Source of the DNA: Takakia lepidozioides | Taxonomy: Eukaryota > Plantae > Bryophyta | Length of the DNA: 64,000 nucleotides | Direction: 5' to 3' | Assembly (NCBI GenBank): GCA_030704615.1 | Contig: CM060731.1 | Location: 87,172,001 to 87,236,000, forward strand | Shown here: positions 37,914 through 50,857 of the stretch, in pieces | Position numbering within the stretch: the first letter of the stretch is position 1 | Layout: the number at the start of each line of letters is the position of its first letter | Made by a program: the position numbers and the translations under genes | Notes under the pieces: model-generated | Database searches by the model: none | The model's input: only the letters and a program-made list of their open reading frames with translations | Told to the model about the DNA's origin: nothing

Positions 37914-40900
37914 TTATGGACGATGAGACACCCGCCTCAGAGCCGAGTATATACGGCGGCTAACAGGGGGAAGGGCAGACACACATTCCCCCCCATTTAG
38001 TTTCATTTTCCGCCGAGCTTGAAAATGTTCCACAAAATCCTTTTTCCTCTTCAATGACATGTTGTTGTTGTCTTTTACACGATTGAACGCTCGTGCTGCA
38101 GCTGGGTGTAACATGCCGGAAGCTTTTTTGACGAGATGTCCTGCATCTGCCCTTGGCAAACATGCACCGCAGACAAGCAATGGTGTATAAGGTATGCGTC
38201 ATTGTGTACAAGGTCAAGCAGATCAGTTATCTCCCGTTTCAAAATAGCTTCCAACAGGTCTGCCGTGAGCAATGACTCTGCCGTGTTCGGTGTTGCGCTT
38301 GCACGCACGTTACCGCTTTCGAGGTCGCATGCTGCCATGTCGTCGTGTTCGTCCAAATTCTCCAGCCCACCGTGAACAGTACCGAAGTGGGAACCACATG
38401 TCCGGACAATGAGACCGTCTTGCAGGTCTGGTTTTAGCAACTTTATGACCCGAACCTGGTGCTTGCACAGATCCCACGGGCAGGTGCAGCAGGCCCACTG
38501 CGACTCTGGATTGAACACGATGTACGTTGTATTCGGATCGGAGGAGCTGATCACGTAAGCAGGCTGCCCAGGCGCTGCAGGCAAAGTCACACGTGAAAGA
38601 GGTATGTCACGGGCTGCACATATTGCACTGGAAATGTGCTTTTCCTGTTTATCATTGCGAATAAACCCATGTGTCTTCAGATGAATGCCGTACCAGTAGT
38701 GGACCAGTACACGCCCAGTCAACTCCCATATGAGCCAATCGGCTCTTCGACCGGTCATTTTGCCTTTGCCCATATTAAGCCTCGCCTTTAAGTTTCTGTG
38801 GTATGCCTCGATGCTCGCATCAGTATCTTGGCTTGCATGTGGAATGTTGCGGGCAGCAGTACACCACATAGCGATTTTGGGAACCCAGTACACATGAATG
38901 TAGTGGAGGAACAACTGACCAGACGGATATTTCTTTTTCATTGCCTTCAATTTTTTCTTAACCTATTTCACAGCTTCGTCTTCTTTCTGCGGTCCACCTC
39001 TGCAGTACATAAGGTCGCCCATATCTGCCAACGGTTTCGAGGATGTTCCCGGATCACTGATTTTCTGGCATGATTGCTTGACCCAGGCCTTCCATACATG
39101 CCAAAGGCAAAGGAAAATGCATACTCCTGTGAAAACAGACCTGCATGCGGCCACAAAGTCAGAAGTGCCTGAACTGGGCATTCGTATTCATCACTGCCAC
39201 AAGCATGAGATTAAACAAGGCAGACCATATAGGGCAGACCATATAGCAGACCCTGGAGCGGACCCTAGGGCAGACCATAGGGTAGAATGAGATGTGGCAT
39301 ACCAGACCAGACATGGCAGACCTTGCAACGGACCATACAGCAGACCATATGGCAGATTGAGATGTGGCATACCGGATTGCATTGATTTCTGCTTCAGCGT
39401 CATCGACAATGAAGGCATTTGGCCGCCAGTTGGGCTTTTCCTGAAGGAGGGCATCACGCAATGCTAGCATCCACGGGATAAGGTCTGATGTTCGATTGCG
39501 TGCTGACAATATGTATGCAACCGGAATTCCGTTCAACCATTGGTCGCACACCATCAACGTGTACAAGGGGAACTGCATGAAATGACAATTTGTAATTAGC
39601 AGACCAGTGAACACGCACAGGGTCTACTGTAACAGGGTGAACACGCAAAAGGGTCTACCCTAAAACAAAGTGCAGTCTCCAGGTCTGCTGGAACAGGGTG
39701 TACTAGTACATGGTCTACAACAGTTAGGTCTATCAGGATTGAGGACGAATAAGCAATGCATCACAAGAGTGGGAGACCATTGTAGTATGCTATCATGCTA
39801 GCAGAAGCCCGTGGAGAGGGTCCATGGCAGACCTTGTGATGGTTAGTTCCAAATGTAGCGTCGCAAGCTACAATGCGCGCATGGCCCAAGTCCAACATCT
39901 TCTGCCGCTGCCAAGGAGTCTGAATCCCAATGGTGAAGGTCAAATCTCCATCAAAATGTTGAAATGTGGGCGCCAATGATTCCACCTGGTAGAAGAAGAC
40001 CGAGTCCAGGTTTTGATCTTTCCACATACGCACGGATTGTGCGTCATCAGCGTGTTTTTTGAAGGTATGCCAGGCTCGTTTTTCAGCAAGATTTCGGACA
40101 TCTTGCTCGAGGAGAAAGTCGTCGTGTGTCCATACGTCTCCCAAGCCACTGTTCTGCATGACGTGCTCCTTGTGTTCAATCATGACTTGGGCGACACTCA
40201 AGCCTCGAGACAAGCATTCCATGATCCACTTTTTATGTGTGGAGCATAAGCATATCGGCTGAACTGGAACTCAACATATCCGCCATGAGAGGGTTTTCCG
40301 GACACATCTAGGTGTTGCATGTTGTTATAATATGTGATGACCCCAATGTCTGGAGCAAGATAACATTGCGAGACTTTGAAACAACAGAGACACCCATGCT
40401 TGTAAGACTCGCCGTATTGGCTTTTCTTTCGTCTTGGACCTTTGTGAGGATTACTGCTTCCAGCCCCACACATCCAGACCTCCTCGCTTCACTTTAGGAT
40501 CCGTGACAGACAAATTGTTGGTGCGCTTGTCCTCTGGTCTATAGCAACAGTGATACCTGGACAGGATCGTATGGCATCGACACCGGAGTATGTCATCGAC
40601 ACCCATGGAGTTCTGCAAGCATGTAAGACAGCCTAAACCCTATCTACATATCATGCATGTACATGTCCGGCAAGCACAAGCACAGGGCATGAACAAAGAG
40701 GCAGTGCGGGAATATGGTGCAGACATGACAGAGGTTAGATATGTGTTAGCTCTTGGAGCTCTTCGCGGTCCGGGCTTCGCGTTAACATACACATTTATGT
40801 AAAATTGGGTGGAACACCCGTCTCTACTCTCCTCTCCAAGTACAAAGTCGGGCACTCTCTGCCAGGGAATACAGGCCGTGCGGACCCGCACTTGAGAGCC

Positions 40901-41035
40901 CATGTATCCAAAGCGACTCTCGTTCTTCCAGTAAAGGTCTTTGCACGAAAATGGCCCATCTTTTGGTGTTTGAAGACATTGTCGCAGTGGACGTATAAGA
41001 AAGCTTTCTGGTTGGGCATCAACGGCCGCTGCCAT
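37914..41035 (-). mobile_element. MULE transposase with SWIM finger (At4g13970/At1g60560-like clade), spliced, frameshifted
   Basis: CIPWQRVPDFVLGEE, GCLCCF, IVACDATFGTN|FPLYTLMV, FIVDDAEAE, CLWHVWKAW, TDASIEAYH, and SWIM CTCP..CKHQ. Confidence 0.85.
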
Positions 41036-41994
41036 ATACACTGCAGTATCCCTTCGCGCACTCGAAAGCACCTGCATATGACTTGGAAAAGTGGAAGCGA
41101 AGGACGACAACACGCACGTTCTTGGCAAGACGGAAGTTGGCAGGAACAGACCAGAGGGAGGAAAAGATCGATGAAACAGTCTTCGCCCATGATTGGCGGC
41201 GGCTGTCATGCCCTAAATCTGGGCGGCTACGATAGCAGCGCGGCTCACAGTGAGATGGGCGGCACATCATCTGGGGTGCATTTGGGTCTGCCGGATCGGG
41301 CTGCTTGGCTGCAGACCGCGCAGACCGAGCTTGGGCAGACCCTAGCAAGGGCAGACCCATTGGGGACCCGATGGCGGGCAAGCGGGCGGGCGGGCGGGGG
41401 CCGCGGGCGGCTGCGGGGCTGCCGACCGCGCTGCACGGCTGGCAGGTAAGGGCGGGGGCGGGGGAGGGCGACCCTACGTCCGTGCGGGCGTGCGCGCCCT
41501 GTCCCACACGCGCGACATAAACTCCCAATTATTCAAAAATGAGAGGCATAAAAATCAGCGTTTTCTTTTGCTGAATTTTCGCCAAATGGCGACTTCAAAA
41601 AATAAAAAAGAATATTTTGTAGCAAATTCCTTGTTTTTTCGTGGATGAAATCGCCAAATTTCTCCAAATAGAAAACAAATTATGGATGAATTTGCCAAAT
41701 AAGGATGATATAGATGGATTAAATAACGGATGTGGACGATTCTATCCTAATTTAAATGGATGAACAGAATGTATGCCTATATTTTTGCAAAAGTCTGAAG
41801 CCACTCGTGCTATTTTCCAAATTCGAAATTTCAAAATTTCAAAATTTCCAATACCGGAAGAGACGTCTTGCAGCGCGGGATGCTTGAGCGCGGGGGGAGA
41901 CATTTGCAGATTGAGTGGGGATAGAGTGTGGGTCCAAGAGGGCCACATTTCAAGCAAAGAAGGAGCAGACTCCGTTTGCATACTGAGACAACCC

Positions 41995-42882
41995 TGTCGC
42001 GCGGCTTTTACTCACCCATCCCTTCGCTATTCGAGGCGGAAACTCCAAGATTGAAGAGTTGGAAATCTCTAAGTACTCAGCCCGCGCAGAACAATCAGTC
42101 ATGACCTACAGCTAGTGTATCATGGGGGTGTTTCCTATTTGTTTCCCTTTTGGTATTCATGTTAACTATCTTACCATTGATAATTAAGTATCAGTTTGCT
42201 TTATCAATCTATTGGATTCCATCAGCTCATCCATTCATTTCACAGCTTCACTCAGATCTCTCTACACAGTGTGATTGTATCGTAAAAGTATCCGATTATG
42301 ATTTATCAGGTATCAGGCCGAAGCCATTGTGTCTCTAATCTGCTCTACAATATCATCATCTCTCTATCTTCACTTCCGTTCTTCATCTCTGCCCGATCCC
42401 CTCTCCTCTATCACCAAGAAGTCCTCCTCCGAATGATGTTCCTCAATTCCCCGTTTCTCCCTTTATCTTCCTCTCCGCGGTTCTAACCGTTTCCCTCACT
42501 AACCGTCGTCTGTGAACTAACATGTTCCCTTCGCAGGTGTTGTTCCCCACAGTCGTTCCCTGTCCTACTCTTCGTTCCCTATGATCGTGACAGCTGTGTC
42601 AAGCTGTGACTGGCTGTGTGAAACTGTGACGGGCTGTGACTGGCTGTGCGACTGTGTTTGGCTGTGTCGGGCTGTGACTGGCTGTGTGGCTGTGTCGGGC
42701 TGTGTGGGCTGTGTGGGCTGTGTCGGCTGTGACGACTGTGACGACTGTGACGGGCTGTGTAACCCCCCTCTACAGTGCGCTGTTGTCACCCCTAAGGCTC
42801 CTGTTGGTCTCAGTCTGTGCAAAAATTAAGGGTACCCTACAGATCCCGTATAAGTGTCTAAGTCCCCGACAGTCCTCTAACA
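41995..42882 (-). repeat. 3' LTR, containing a (GGCTGTGAC)n tract
   Basis: Near-identical to 55947-56852. Confidence 0.93.
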
Positions 42883-42920
42883 TTACCCCTTCCCCCCTCA
42901 AAAAGCCGTGTCCTCACGGT

Positions 42921-45900
42921 TTACTGATTTCGACTAGCAAACCTTTGTGAGTGAGCACCTTCTTGACGTTGAGAATTTCTTGGCGGACTGTGTGTACGAG
43001 CCCGAGGTCTGTCTCTGGTTGACGGAGATGGTTGATCACTACCTGGATAAGTGAGCCCTTCTGGAGGCTGATATCGAGGTAACCTTTCCGGCATAGGAGA
43101 CCCCCGTCGCTTCTTCTTTGCCATCTGAATTGCATAGTCTTCTCCCATGTCAAAAGAATTCGGTGAAGAAACAGTTGTATCAGAATCCTCATCGCCTCTC
43201 AGGTGTTTTAATTTTCGAACTTTTTGTGTAATCATCTGGGGCATACAATGCTGTCCTACCATGTCTGGAAGTTTGTATTTTACAACATGGTGTAACCGTT
43301 GAACAGCAAAATTGGTGTAGACACTGAGCTCCTTGTCTGTCCAGGTGAGTGGGGTACCAATTACTGGTGCAGCGTGCAAGTACTTCCATGCCACATGTCC
43401 CTTATAGAAAATGTCATCAATGCCGAATTTCTGTGTTGACAAATGGTTGCAGGCCGCTTGAAACCATGAACGAATTTGAGAATCCTTTTGCATCATAACT
43501 TTTGGGTCATATAGGTACATATGAGGTGGCACCGAAGGTAATACCCAATGATCTCCACTGGAATAACTTTGAAAGCGTGTTTGCATCTTTTGTTGCTCAA
43601 TGTGGTATCGTACCAGAAAACAAGCAGCGTAATATAACCCGCACCCCATGACAATACTTGCTATCTCCTTGGTCTTGGTATAAATAAGTCCATGTACAAC
43701 CTGGAAAGCAATCAATTCCCTCAACATGGTACCTGCCTCGTGCCAGTATTGTGCAAAGTGATGATCTTCAATATGTCGATTGTTCGGAAGAACTTTGGTC
43801 CTAGTTGCCACTGGCAGCCATATACGCATGATTTGGTAGTAATGTGCGAATGACTGCGGAGGACTAAATTCTTTCCAAGCCAAATCCAACATGATGGGAA
43901 TTTGGTTGAAGGGCATAATCATAGCCCTACTGTACTCCCTTGCAGCTGGAGTTTTAGGTGGGTTAAAAGCGGCATTGCCCCATACCTCCGACTGTGGTGG
44001 CTGTGGTGTGGTTGTAGTAACCACAGGTTCAGCTACTGGTACAGTGACTTGTTGTGGTGGTGGTGGTACTGGCTCTTGTATCATTGGCATCTCCTGCACC
44101 TCCTGTGAAGACTGAAAAGCCAAAGTTCTGGCTTGTAAATAAGAAGCCATTAGCTGTTCCTGAGGGATATAGACTCTTTGGTCGATGTTTGAAGTGAGTT
44201 CTTCCACTTGAGTCTGGAGTCCGTCTACATCCTCTTGTAACTCTGCTATCCTACTATAGACATTGTCTATAGTAGTTGTGGCAATGTTTTGCACCTGCAG
44301 CCTGAGCTCATTCATCTCGCTTTGGGTGAGCTTCCGTGGTGCTTTGCCCTCTACTGGCCCTTGTGCTAACCAGACCTGCATAAGGCTGTTATCCACCAAG
44401 TTGCTTGTGGTTCCCCTTAGAGTTTGCTCCTCTCTTAGCTTGTACAATTCCAACTGCTGTTGTAAAGCCTCCATGCGCTTCGCCTGAGGTTCAACCAATT
44501 GCGCATAAGCAGCAAGTAGATTATTGGCTTCCTTCCAAACCTTGTTATTGACCGCGATTTCATTTCTATTGGCCATGATGGTTTGTTGCAACTCCACGAT
44601 GTGCTTCTCTTGATCAGCTTCAATCTGCCTGTATTGCTTGAAAGTATCTTCATTGCGACAGATTGTATTCTTCATATCGACAATGAGCTTCATTTGCTCA
44701 ACATTCTCTTCTTCTGCCTTCGTACATTTTTCCGCTTGACTGTTTATTTCTTTTGTTGATTGGTCAAGCATAGTTGTAAATGTAGCACATTATATCGTCA
44801 TCCTATTATGCACTGTCTGCAACTCCGTATGTAGTGCATTCAGTTCTTGCAACTTGCTTTCATGCTGCACCTGCATTTGGTATAGCTGTTGCTTATGTGC
44901 TTCTTGCAACTGGTCTTGCGCGAGGCCTGCCTCAATCAATTGTTGCTTGGCCAATTGCAAAGCCATTTCTGTATTTCCCAAGTCCTGCTTCATCTTGAGA
45001 GTGACCTCTTCATCGACCTTGTTTGCACACTCAGTGGCAAGTCGAGCCTCAAACTCCTTCCTGAGTTCCTCTTTCAAGGCTGTCAATTGGGTAATTGGAA
45101 CATGGGATTTGACATAAGTCCCCAACAAATTAAGTGTCCTGCCTATGGAACTCATCAGCATTGCCTGTTGAGGGTCATCATGGTGAGGTTGCTGCTGTTC
45201 CTCCTGATCTTCAACAGTGTGATGTCTCACTAATCATTCAGGCCATTGTCCCACCGGATTTTCTTCCTGAACTACTTCATCTATCACCGGTGCTACAGTG
45301 TCATGACCTTCCGCCTGTGGTACCTCCGACATAGGTGTGTATTATATGCACCTCAGGATTTCCCTTGGGCAACTGTTGCACCTCTGGGATTTCTGTCTCC
45401 TTGACCAGACCAGAATATTCATAGAGAAGGTCCCCCTTCTCTATTTCTGCCACTATCTGTTCTGTAGTTGGAATATCTAACCCTTCACTTTCCAAATCAA
45501 TTATTTCTGGTTGAGCTGCATGGATAACTTGTGACCTTGTGACAAGTCGTTCAAGTGGCTGTGATGGTTGTGATGCAGAAGTAACTTCCTCCTCCCTCTC
45601 TGAAGGTCCTGCTTCCAGTAATAGCATTTCTCTGTGCTGCTGTGCCCCTTCCTGGCCATGAGCTTGGGAAACATTATCATGCGGAATCCGTGAAGCCAGT
45701 GGATTCGCCACCACAGTCTTTCCCCGTCTCTGCTTCTTAGTCTCAAGTTGCCCTGCTAGTCCACCCTCACTGTGTGAAGAGCCTTGCTCTTCCATTGCAG
45801 TTGTTGCTGGCTCAAACACTCCCATTTCCTTTCTTTCTTGCGCATTAAGTATGCCAGAATCAAGGATTATTTGAGCAATGATTGGGCCAGACACTATTAT

Positions 45901-45960
45901 AGGAGACTTTGCGGTAGTACCTTGTAATCTTTTCATCTCCTCTACCAGTGCGTTGTACAT
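42921..45960 (-). CDS. Extra ~1000-aa coiled-coil ORF at the env position of the LTR element, with one frameshift and in-frame stops
   Basis: ORFs 45301-45960, 44790-45230 and 42921-44771 (last two in frame). Q/E/K-rich heptad-like region followed by an aromatic-rich globular domain; ends ~20 bp before the PPT. Confidence 0.65.
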
Positions 45961-45983
45961 TATGTCCGCCGAGGTTTACTATT

Positions 45984-46240
45984 TCATGAGCAGAAACCAT
46001 GAGCCATGAGCCATGAGCCGCATGAGCCGCATGAGCGGTGAGCCGAAGTCTAAGATACGCGGATTTCATGAGCGGACTCCTCCAAATTTGGAAATGCGGC
46101 AGATTAAACAAGTATTAAAATAATAGTTTTTTATTTGACCTTGCCATTTTTGGACGTTCCAGATCATGTAATGCGGCGAAGATATGTCGTCAGTAACAAG
46201 TCCGCTCATGGTTTTTTAGATCCGCTCATGGAAATAAGTG
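45984..46240. repeat. CATGAGC motif cluster, probable end of the nested DNA transposon
   Basis: (CCATGAG)n / CGCATGAGC tandem at 45998-46040 and inverted CCGCTCATG at ~46202 and 46222. Confidence 0.55.
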
Positions 46241-46821
46241 ACCGTGCAACGGGAAATCCAGTATACCACTGCAAAAGGACGTCGCATACTGGCCTGTATA
46301 GAGTATTCCGCGGTTTTACATGCCTTAACATTGGAATGAAGCTGACCCTTTTGCCGCGATTGAACCAATGGAGTCTGCACCAATACAGTCTGCAGTACTT
46401 CACAATTCTGTCTTCTTCGGGTATTCGGCGGGAAAGGTTTGCAACTGAACTGGGAAATAGGGTGCCGCATTAGGGTTCGCACGTGCGAAATTTCGGAGCG
46501 GTTTGGTGTTGGCGAAGGCCGCCTCTGGGGGTACCTACGACGATACTTGGAAATGCGGCGCCGCATTCCCTTGTCGGAGGTCGAATGAGGAAAGCAAGTT
46601 TTCGGAAAGCAGAAAAACATGAACCCTCCAACATACAAAAATACATGCACGTGGAAACAAGTGAACGATATAGTAATATCTTAGTTCGAGCAAAACAGGT
46701 TACTGGTAGGCAAGACATATGTCGGACCTTTGTGTGGCCAGAGTCTGAGGTACTGGCAGCAGTACAGTTCTACTATCCGAAAAGGATGGGCGTACCATTG
46801 TATGTGGACCGCAAGCCAAGC

Positions 46822-49800
46822 TCACTGGTCCCCTGGATCCATATTCAGAAGAGTGTCAACCTCCTGGGGGCTCAACCCTGGTGCATGTATGAAGTGATGA
46901 GTTGTGGAATTACAACGGAGTCTCTTTAGGTACACGTAGTACAAATGCTTGCAATGGCAGTATGATGCCCCCTTGTTCGCCATGATCTGGAAGTCGGTGC
47001 AATTGCAGGTGGGTAATTCTGAAATGGTGATGGTGTACACCTCATTGCGAACAGCTGAGCCCGCCGTGGCCATTTGATACACACGCCCGAATCCTGGTGG
47101 GGCACTTCTGTCGAGCTCTGGATTGTACAGTTCATCCGAAGTGCATTCCCCATCCTTGTCTCGTTCACTTTTGAGGGAGGTCGCCGCCTCTTCGGTTTCC
47201 CCCAACGGTGTGTAGGATGCTTAGAGCTGTCGTGTCCCATTGTTCTTGCTCTCACAGGGGTCGGTGGTGGAGGCTGTGGAAGCGGAAATGGTTCTCTGGG
47301 GACGTCAGTGCGCTGCACCATCCGAAATCCTGCGGCGGTAAGGGCGTCGGCCTCAACCTGACTCAGATCGCAGCCTGGTTCCACCGGCCACACCGGGGGA
47401 GCCTCTGGCATTGTTTGTATGCCGTACTTGGGCTTTCCATACACGCAAGTCATAATGTCGTGCTTGCAGAACCAGAACTGGGTGGTTGTCGCCTCCGCAA
47501 ACTTTGCATGGACAAATCTTCCTGTAAAAGTAGGAACAGGGACAGCCCCATCTGGATTCCTCCTTATCATCTCTAAACAACGTTGCCGTGTATCCACACG
47601 AATTGCGGAACACCTTCCTCGAAACGACGGCTTTGTGCGAGCAATTCTCCACTGTGATGCAGACACAGTCGTCTCCACAATGGCTTGGCCATACTGCATA
47701 ACAGCGGGCGGAATGTGGGGCAAGGGAGTGGTGGGAATTTGTTGCACGAAATCCCCGGTTGAAGGCGACGGCGATCTGGAATTTCTTGGGCTTCCACTGC
47801 TGGAAGACACATTGTGCGGCAACATGACGGGACCTCGAGGTGCTGTCTGAATGTTCCTGTCGGATCTCCAGGAATCCTCTTCGCACCCGGGTTCCTCTTC
47901 AATCCTCCGCCTGACAGGGCGAGTCCGGACGTCCCCCTCTAGGTGTTCACCTCTGCGGTGCAGAGGCGTCCCTTTGATCTTCTCTCGCAATGCTGTCGCC
48001 CATTTCACTGGATTCTTGGACCTCGAAGCTGTTCGTACCAACAATTCCTCCCTGTCCGGCCCAAAGCCCCATTGTTTGCCGCTCAGGAACTTGTAGTACG
48101 TGGCTTGCTGCATGATTGCTCTGTCGATGTCCTCCGTTGTGGCCGTCACTACGTCCACCAGATGTGCGGCAGAAGACGCTCGCCAGGAGGAGTGGACCGA
48201 TTCTGCCATATTCGTGTTCGGCATGTCCGTGTCGGAATCCAAGCACCGCTCCTAGAAGGACACAAACAATGGTGAGGGACCAATCGAAATGTCCGTAACA
48301 GAAAGACAAATGAACGAAATTGACAGCAGCCTACCTCCCGCATGTACTGTCCGAACTGTCGATACCGAAAATGCCACCACCCCAACCAGCTGTGCAATGC
48401 TCCCAGATTGGTTGTCTCCACTGCACCTGACGTGTTCCACCAAGCCTCGATGATAGCAAACTTAACCTCCGCGTCATCAAATGTGGGTGCATCCTTCCAC
48501 GCCGTACAAAGGACACGGTGTTCAGCCTGGAATGAGCTAGCAACAAATTTGGTAGTGTAGTGGGATAGACTCTGCATCCAATGGAATCCACAGGATCTCT
48601 CTTTCCCCTCCATTGGAACATTGGGGTCCTCACCGTACACACGCCGCACCGCTGCCCAGTTGGCCTGAGCGTTGTCTGCCATGAATCCCCTGAAATTGGG
48701 CTCTGGCAATCCCGCCCTTGCCATCTGCTCGTTTATGCCCTCCCACAGATGCATCTCGGACTGTGTGTCCTCCCCTTTCATCTCGCAGATTGCAATCGTC
48801 ATGAGCCTCTTGGAGTGATAGTCATAAACATGCGCACCCATAGTCACCCACTGATGGTTTGTAATTCGCTTGATGTGATCAAACATCACCCAAGCATTCG
48901 ACAAGTTTCCAGTTGTCATGCGAGTGACCAAGTCGACTCCACTCCCAGGCCCACACATCGACATTTTGAAAATGTAACAACGATCGGATTCGCTGCCTTG
49001 CCCTGGAAACCTGCTACCTTGGATGTAGTCATATCCAGTCATTTGTTTCACCTCCAGGATTGAGTACATGTCCGACCCCCTGCCGAACTCCTGCTTGCAA
49101 GATACGATGTGATTCCGCACATTCGGACTACAAACGTGCGAGACGGACTCCAAGAGGTCCCGCATCTCGTCTTCGGTCAAGGGCTCTCGGTCGGAACCAT
49201 CTTCAGACATGATTTTGCCAAGAGCAATCTTGTGAGCTGCCTTCAGCTGAATCTGCTTTGGTCTGGCTCCGGGGCTCAATTTCACCTCCTCTTTTATGAT
49301 GTCGTGTGCTTCCTGCACAGCCTCACGCATGTTGCCTCTCGCCAAGGGGTGGCAGTGGACCCCAACGTGTATGCAAGCTCTAGTCAAGTCCGGGAGCAAA
49401 TGGATAACGTAGTATTGCTTGGCTCTGCACATGGACATGCACGTTGGTGGTTCTTTGCAATGTGCACACTTGAAAGAACCCGCAGGAGCTTGGCTGGAGA
49501 CAATGAATGGATGATGCGTTGTGCCAGTCCAATCCGTCTCGTTTCTCCGCCCTCCTTTGGAGAGAAAGTGGAAGCAGGTGGGATTGAGGCACCTCAGCTT
49601 CCCCGCACAGAGGACATATCGTACACGAACACCATCAGCAATTTTCGTGCTACTGGTCTTCGTCACACACCAGGGGTGTCCGTCATGCTTTCGATCCATG
49701 TCTGTTAATATCCCGGAGGCTTTCTTTGACGAAGAAACAGGTGGAAACTCGAAGATGACATTGCCATCGACTTCGGGAGGCAGAAACGTTACCTTTCTGA

Positions 49801-50428
49801 CTGGGAATTTGGCATAGTCGAGAGCAGCCAGCTCGGAGCGAGAACCATCGAGGTGATGTTGTCGTAGGAGCTGCACAATGGACCGGGTTGGAGTTATGCT
49901 CGAGGGCACATTCGTAGCACCTACAGAGACGTCCATGCCGGATTTGAACGACCGTGTGGAGGACATGGGTACCTCAATGCAATCATCTTCCTCGTCGGAA
50001 ATGTCGAATACGTCCACACGAGAAGCTATGGAGGGTCTTGACGGTCCAGGTCGGGAATGATTATCGTTGCATACCTCTCTGTTGGCAGTGGCCGCCTCTC
50101 GGTTTCCGGACTCCTTTGTGGATGGTGTGGGCAGCGACTGATTCGGAAAGGGAATGGGCATTCCCACAGCTCGGTACAGGATGGTGTCTGACGGGGGAAC
50201 GTGCCATTCGATTCCACAACCTCCGTCGTTACCTAGCACGACAATGGTCTCGTCAACCTGTCCAAGAACATCCTTCCTTTCTTCTTCCAAATAAACTGTG
50301 CCCGGTTTGAGCTTGAATTTGGAACAAAGGTAAGTTTCAGTCACTCTGCAAAGTCCTCCCTCGTTTGGGATCCAGGCTCTCCCAAGTTGCGGAGGACAGC
50401 AAACTATAGCGTAGGAATTCGGAGCCAT
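46822..50428 (-). mobile_element. GCM-domain MULE-type DDE transposase with C-terminal SWIM
   Basis: GCM-like region HDGHPW...CAGKLRCLNPTC...CAHC...C...HVGVHCHP. Catalytic core WVMFDH, FMADNA, CGFHW. Intron 48252-48334, then TNMAESVH. Frameshift at ~47100 precedes SWIM CNC..CKHLYY. Confidence 0.85.
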
Positions 50429-50857
50429 CGAACACCGCACGGAGTTGGCAAGTGCGAGGTTCAGTATAGCGACAGACCAAGGCTCACAGGCACCATCTAA
50501 GTGGATCTGCGGAGTCCATCGACGATTGGAAGTTGCACATTGAAGTGGAAAGTATTGTTTCAAGCTACATGCATGAAGGTGGGAGGTTTGATTCCATAGC
50601 CAGTGAGTATGACAATGATGGCCGATTCGGCGACGAAATAACATCTCCTGACAGTTTCTCCTGAGGGTGGATCCAGCAGTATTCTCGGTGCAGACAGGAA
50701 CGTTCGCACTGACAAGTGCCAGGACTGCTGGTTAAAACTGTCAGACAACCAAGTTGTGCTCATCAAGACTGGCCGCAATTGTGTTGTTTCGGAACAATGC
50801 AACCCATTCAGGTTCCAGATTTCCCGTCCCGAGTGATTCTTTCGATTGCTGGTGGAC

